DNA of 64,000 nucleotides from Bacteroidaceae bacterium (lineage in GTDB: Bacteria > Bacteroidota > Bacteroidia > Bacteroidales > Barnesiellaceae_A): NCBI GenBank assembly GCA_017555825.1, contig JAFZFQ010000046.1, forward strand, positions 8,741 through 72,740. The letters are read 5' to 3'. Below are positions 60,119 to 64,000 of the stretch, piece after piece; the stretch's first letter is position 1, and every line of letters begins with the position of its first letter. The notes below the pieces were generated by a model. It did not search any database, was not told the DNA's origin, and saw only the letters and a list, made by a program, of their open reading frames with translations. The translations under genes and the position numbers were made by a program.

Positions 60119-61483
60119 CTATTGAGATATGAGGCTGACAGCCTCTTGCGGCGTGACAAGTTGTTGTTCGCCGGTAATCATATTTTTCAGTGCAATCTTT
60201 CCTGCTTCAATTTCGCTCTCGCCTACGATAGCAACATAGGGTATGTGGTGAGTATCGGCATAGCCCATTTGTTTTTTCATCTTAGATGACTCGGGGTATA
60301 CCTCGGTGCGAATGCTATGAGCGCGGAAAAGAGCTGCGTGTTGCATGCACACATCGCACTCTTTGTCGCCAAAGTTTACAAACATTACTTGTGTGGCTTG
60401 TAGCGAGTCGGTGGGGAAGAGGTCGAGTTGGCTCAACACGTCGTAGATGCGGTCGGCACCAAACGACATACCTACGCCCGATACGTTGGGCATACCAAAG
60501 ACGCCTGTGAGGTTGTCGTAACGACCACCACCGGTGATGCTGCCTATTTGCACATCGAGAGCCTTCACCTCAAGGATGGCACCGGTGTAGTAATTGAGGC
60601 CGCGAGCCAATGTGAGGTCGATGTCGAGTTGGGCTTTGAGGGGTTGGTTGGTGAGCTTGCCAAGGATAAACTCGAGCTCTTCGATACCCTTCAAGCCTAT
60701 TTCAGACTGAGCAAGTGCTTGGCGCAAGGTGTGCAACTTGCTTTCGTTGCTACCTTCGAGCAAGATGATGGGTTGGAGTTGGGCAATAGCCTCTTCGCTC
60801 AATCCTTTGTCGCGCAACTCGTCATTTACCTTGTCGAGTCCCATCTTGTCGAGCTTGTCGATGGCTACAGTTATATCAATAATCTTCTCGGGTGCGCCTA
60901 TTATCTCGGCAATACCGGTGAGAATCTTGCGGTTGTTGAATTTGATGGCTACGCGAATGTTGAGGCGTGTAAATACATCGTCGATGATGTGGAGCAACTC
61001 TACTTCATTGAGCAAAGAGTCTGATCCGATAATATCGCCATCGCATTGGTAGAACTCGCGGTAACGGCCTTTTTGAGGACGGTCGGCGCGCCATACGGGT
61101 TGTATTTGGTAGCGCTTGAAGGGGAAAGTGAGTTCGTTACGGTGCATCACCACATAGCGTGCAAAGGGCACTGTGAGGTCATATCGCAAGCCTTTCTCGC
61201 ACAGACGAGCTGCCAAGCGGGCGGTGTTACGCTCGCAGAGCTCGGCATCTTCTACACCCGAAAGGAAGTCGCCCGAGTTGAGTACCTTGAAAAGCAGTTT
61301 GTCGCCTTCTTCGCCATATTTGCCCATCAAGGTTTGCAGAGTTTCCATGGCGGGGGTTTCTATTTGGCTGAAGCCATATAGAGCATAAACTTCGCGAATG
61401 GTGTTGAATATATAGTTGCGTTTGGCCATCTCTTCGGGAGAGAAGTCGCGAGTGCCTTTGGGTATAGAGGGTTTTTGAGCCAT
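60119..61483 (-). CDS. hisS: Histidine--tRNA ligase
   Basis: [41 protein letters not shown]. Start moved to MAQKPS, downstream of promoter at 61514-61521. Confidence 0.97.
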   Translation of the reverse strand: MAQKPSIPKGTRDFSPEEMAKRNYIFNTIREVYALYGFSQIETPAMETLQTLMGKYGEEGDKLLFKVLNSGDFLSGVEDAELCERNTARLAARLCEKGLRYDLTVPFARYVVMHRNELTFPFKRYQIQPVWRADRPQKGRYREFYQCDGDIIGSDSLLNEVELLHIIDDVFTRLNIRVAIKFNNRKILTGIAEIIGAPEKIIDITVAIDKLDKMGLDKVNDELRDKGLSEEAIAQLQPIILLEGSNESKLHTLRQALAQSEIGLKGIEELEFILGKLTNQPLKAQLDIDLTLARGLNYYTGAILEVKALDVQIGSITGGGRYDNLTGVFGMPNVSGVGMSFGADRIYDVLSQLDLFPTDSLQATQVMFVNFGDKECDVCMQHAALFRAHSIRTEVYPESSKMKKQMGYADTHHIPYVAIVGESEIEAGKIALKNMITGEQQLVTPQEAVSLISQ

Positions 61484-61589
61484 ATCGATGTGAATTAATG
61501 TAATTTCAAAACGCAAAGATAATACAATTCGACTGCATTATCAATAGATAAAGGGGTATTATGCGCTACTCTTTGCTGTAAAAAACAAC

Positions 61590-61617
61590 AAACCTGCCGT
61601 GTTGTATCGGCAGGTTT
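61590..61617 (-). terminator. Intrinsic terminator
   Basis: aaacctgccg...cggcaggttt stem. Confidence 0.6.
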
Positions 61618-61628
61618 GATTTATTGTG

Positions 61629-62306
61629 TTAGTCGTCGTTGCGTCCCATGAACATGAAGATGTAGTATACCAGCGTTGCCAGCGAACTGAGTGCTGCTAC
61701 AACGTAGGTGTATGCAGCCCATTTGAGGGCGTCTTTGGCCATCGGGTGTGTTTGTGTATTGGTAACACCGGCTGTATTGAGCCATGCAAGTGCTCGTTGG
61801 CTGGCGTTTATCTCTACCGGTAGGGTAATGAAGCTGAAGAGTGTGGTGATACCAAAGAGTATAATACCTGCAAGCATGATTTGAGGGAATGACTCTATGG
61901 TGAGAATACCTATGAGCAACACCCATTGCATCCAATTTGAGGCAAAGCTTACCACCGGTACAAGCGACGAGCGCATCTTCAATGGAGAGTAGCTGTGGGC
62001 ATGTTGCAGGGCATGACCTGTTTCGTGGGCTGCTACGGCCGCCGCTGCTATACTGCAACTGTTAAATACCGCATCGCTCAGGTTGATGGTGTGTGTTTGC
62101 GGGTTGTAGTGGTCGGTGAGTGTTCCGGGTGTGTGGGTTACTGTAACATGGGTAATACCATTCTCGCGAAGCATTTGTTCGGCGATATCTCTGCCGGTGA
62201 GTCCATAGGGCATGGGTACTTCAGAATACTTCTTGAAACGACTCTGCAACATGTGTTGTACAATGTAGCTGAGTATAGCAAATACTATAAATATAATGTA
62301 TATCAT
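61629..62306 (-). CDS. Putative membrane zinc metallopeptidase (YugP-like)
   Basis: TDHYNP, AAHETGHALQH, TLPVEINASQRA, AAYTYV. Confidence 0.9.
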   Translation of the reverse strand: MIYIIFIVFAILSYIVQHMLQSRFKKYSEVPMPYGLTGRDIAEQMLRENGITHVTVTHTPGTLTDHYNPQTHTINLSDAVFNSCSIAAAAVAAHETGHALQHAHSYSPLKMRSSLVPVVSFASNWMQWVLLIGILTIESFPQIMLAGIILFGITTLFSFITLPVEINASQRALAWLNTAGVTNTQTHPMAKDALKWAAYTYVVAALSSLATLVYYIFMFMGRNDD

Positions 62307-62428
62307 AATGTGTAGTTATTAATATGTGACAAAGATAGGTGATAGTTGATGAATAGGTGGTTAATATAGCGGTAAATTATGTTAATGTGTTAAAAGTTGC
62401 ACGCTTGCGCTATGGGTGGTAAAAAAGT

Positions 62429-62460
62429 AAAGGGGAACTTCGTTGTGGAAGCTCCCCTTT
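62429..62460 (-). terminator. Intrinsic terminator after queA
   Basis: aaagggga.cttc...gaag.tccccttt stem. Confidence 0.6.
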
Positions 62461-62488
62461 GCTATATATATAATGTGTAGTCTTGTTA

Positions 62489-63538
62489 TTACAAAATGAG
62501 CATGGCATCGCCGTATGCACCGAAGCGGTAGCCCTCTTTGAGTGCTGTGTTGTAGGCTTCGAATACTATCTCGTAACCACCAAATGCAGCCACCATCATG
62601 AGCATGGTAGAGTAGGGCATGTGGAAGTTTGACACAAGGCTGTTGGCTACGGTAAAGTCGTAGGGGGGGAAGATAAACTTGTTGGTCCATCCGTCGTAAG
62701 ACTTAACGTGTCCGTTGGTGCTCACAGCAGTTTCAAGAGCACGCAATACCGATGTGCCTATGGCGCACACTTTGTGTCCCTCGTCCTTGGTAGTGTTGAG
62801 CTGTGTTACCAACTCGGGGCTTACGATAAGCTGTTCCGAGTCCATCTTGTGCTTGGTGAGATCTTCAACGTCGATTTCGCGGAAGTTGCCCAAGCCCGAG
62901 TGGAGTGTTATAAATCCACTCTCGATACCCTTAATCTCCATGCGCTTGAAGAGCTCACGGCTGAAGTGCAAGCCTGCGGCAGGGGTTACTACAGCACCTT
63001 CGTGGCGAGCAAAGATACATTGGTAGCGCTCGGCATCTTCGGGCTCAACTTCACGGTTGATATACATGGGTAGCGGAGTCTCGCCAAGTTGATACAGAGC
63101 TTGCTTGAACTCGTCGTGCGGGCCATCGTATAAGAAACGAAGTGTGCGACCGCGTGATGTGGTGTTGTCGATAACCTCGGCTACCATAGAGTCGTCTTCG
63201 CCAAAGTAGAGCTTGTTGCCAATGCGGATTTTGCGAGCAGGTTCTACCAGTACATCCCACAAACGATGCTCTTCGTTGAGCTCGCGGAGAAGGAATACCT
63301 CGATTTTGGCACCGGTTTTCTCTTTGTTACCAATGAGACGTGCGGGGAATACGCGTGTGTCGTTGAATACAAAGAGGTCTTTGTCGTCATAATAGTTGAT
63401 GATTTCCTTGAAAATGTGATGCTCGATAGTGCCTGTTTTGCGGTTAACAACCATCAGACGCGATTCGTCACGATTCTTTGCGGGGTGAAGGGCGATTTGC
63501 TCTTCGGGAAGTTTAAACTTAAATTGCGAAAGTTTCAT
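62489..63538 (-). CDS. queA: S-adenosylmethionine:tRNA ribosyltransferase-isomerase
   Basis: LPEEQIA..P...[44 protein letters not shown]; start moved to MKLSQF. Confidence 0.95.
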   Translation of the reverse strand: MKLSQFKFKLPEEQIALHPAKNRDESRLMVVNRKTGTIEHHIFKEIINYYDDKDLFVFNDTRVFPARLIGNKEKTGAKIEVFLLRELNEEHRLWDVLVEPARKIRIGNKLYFGEDDSMVAEVIDNTTSRGRTLRFLYDGPHDEFKQALYQLGETPLPMYINREVEPEDAERYQCIFARHEGAVVTPAAGLHFSRELFKRMEIKGIESGFITLHSGLGNFREIDVEDLTKHKMDSEQLIVSPELVTQLNTTKDEGHKVCAIGTSVLRALETAVSTNGHVKSYDGWTNKFIFPPYDFTVANSLVSNFHMPYSTMLMMVAAFGGYEIVFEAYNTALKEGYRFGAYGDAMLIL

Positions 63539-63561
63539 TTCGTAAATTTTATGTTGTGTTA

Positions 63562-63999
63562 TTACTTTTCTACTACTATAGCATCTTCGTCTTCTACAAC
63601 TGCCACTTGTAGCAGTGCATCTATGGCGTCGATGTTGAGGCAATCTTCGAGTCGTACATTGCCTACGCGGGTGCGCTCAAGGCCGATGAGGTGAGCACCA
63701 CTGTCGAGGGCCTCGCCAATATCGCGGGCCAATGCTCGTATGTAGGTTCCTTTGCTACACACTACACGTATCTTGGCTACGGGGGCGGTGAAGTCGAGAA
63801 GCTCTATTTCGTCGATAACAAGTTCTTTGGCTTTGAGTTCAACCTCTTTTCCCTTGCGAGCCATCTTGTAGGCGCGAGTGCCGTTTACCTTGCAGGCCGA
63901 GTAGGCGGGGGGTACTTGTTGTATAGTGCCGGTGAATTGGGGCAGTGTAGCCTCGATAAGTTCGCGGGTGATGTGCTCGTGTGGGTAGGTGGCATCAAT
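63562..63999 (-). CDS. truB: tRNA pseudouridine(55) synthase, C-terminal part (5' end outside window)
   Basis: Frame extends to the window edge: [11 protein letters not shown]...[24 protein letters not shown]...[17 protein letters not shown]...LERTRVG. Confidence 0.93.
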   Translation of the reverse strand: MDATYPHEHITRELIEATLPQFTGTIQQVPPAYSACKVNGTRAYKMARKGKEVELKAKELVIDEIELLDFTAPVAKIRVVCSKGTYIRALARDIGEALDSGAHLIGLERTRVGNVRLEDCLNIDAIDALLQVAVVEDEDAIVVEK

Positions 64000-64000
64000 C

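Noticed and set aside
5232-63073. Many long antisense or overlapping ORFs (e.g. 12284-13321, 18553-19377, 26000-26992, 38807-39766, 41571-42464)
   Set aside because: They lie opposite well-supported genes and show no recognisable motifs; this is expected from codon bias.
19280-63643. Upstream-extended starts in the ORF track (11612, 19280, 22631, 30652, 36925, 43051, 61516, 63643)
   Set aside because: The extensions overlap neighbouring genes or TAnnTTTG promoter elements and lack family-like sequence; downstream ATGs were used.

Overview
64-kb chromosomal window from a Bacteroidales bacterium. Support: repeated TAnnTTTG -7 promoter elements, T9SS C-terminal-domain (CTD) proteins, Bacteroidetes-type lipoproteins and OmpA proteins, and Bacteroides-like nrdD/queA/tkt. 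Most of it is housekeeping: cysS, argS, hisS, queG, queA, truB (partial), folK, folB, nrdDG, sufCDS, rnhA, aroK, nadK, pdxJ-exbB-exbD-tonB, pyrC, rpiB, tkt and a Ca2+ P-type ATPase. No rRNA, tRNA, CRISPR array, transposase or integrase was seen. The best novelty candidate is an operon at the left edge (1-4110, minus strand). It encodes a stand-alone CHASE2 membrane sensor with no cytoplasmic output domain, an exported SEL1-repeat/caspase-like (C14) protease with an intact His-Cys dyad, and an exported partner missed by the ORF track. Other notable items: a T9SS gene that looks chimeric (stop-interrupted leader, AT-rich passenger, host-like CTD); a small-CTD / large CTD-less protein pair; a TMEM260-like DUF2723 GT-C enzyme; a 10x Big_2 adhesin; and a 1030-aa coiled-coil lipoprotein beside an OmpA. 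Family assignments come from motif recognition only; no database search was run.
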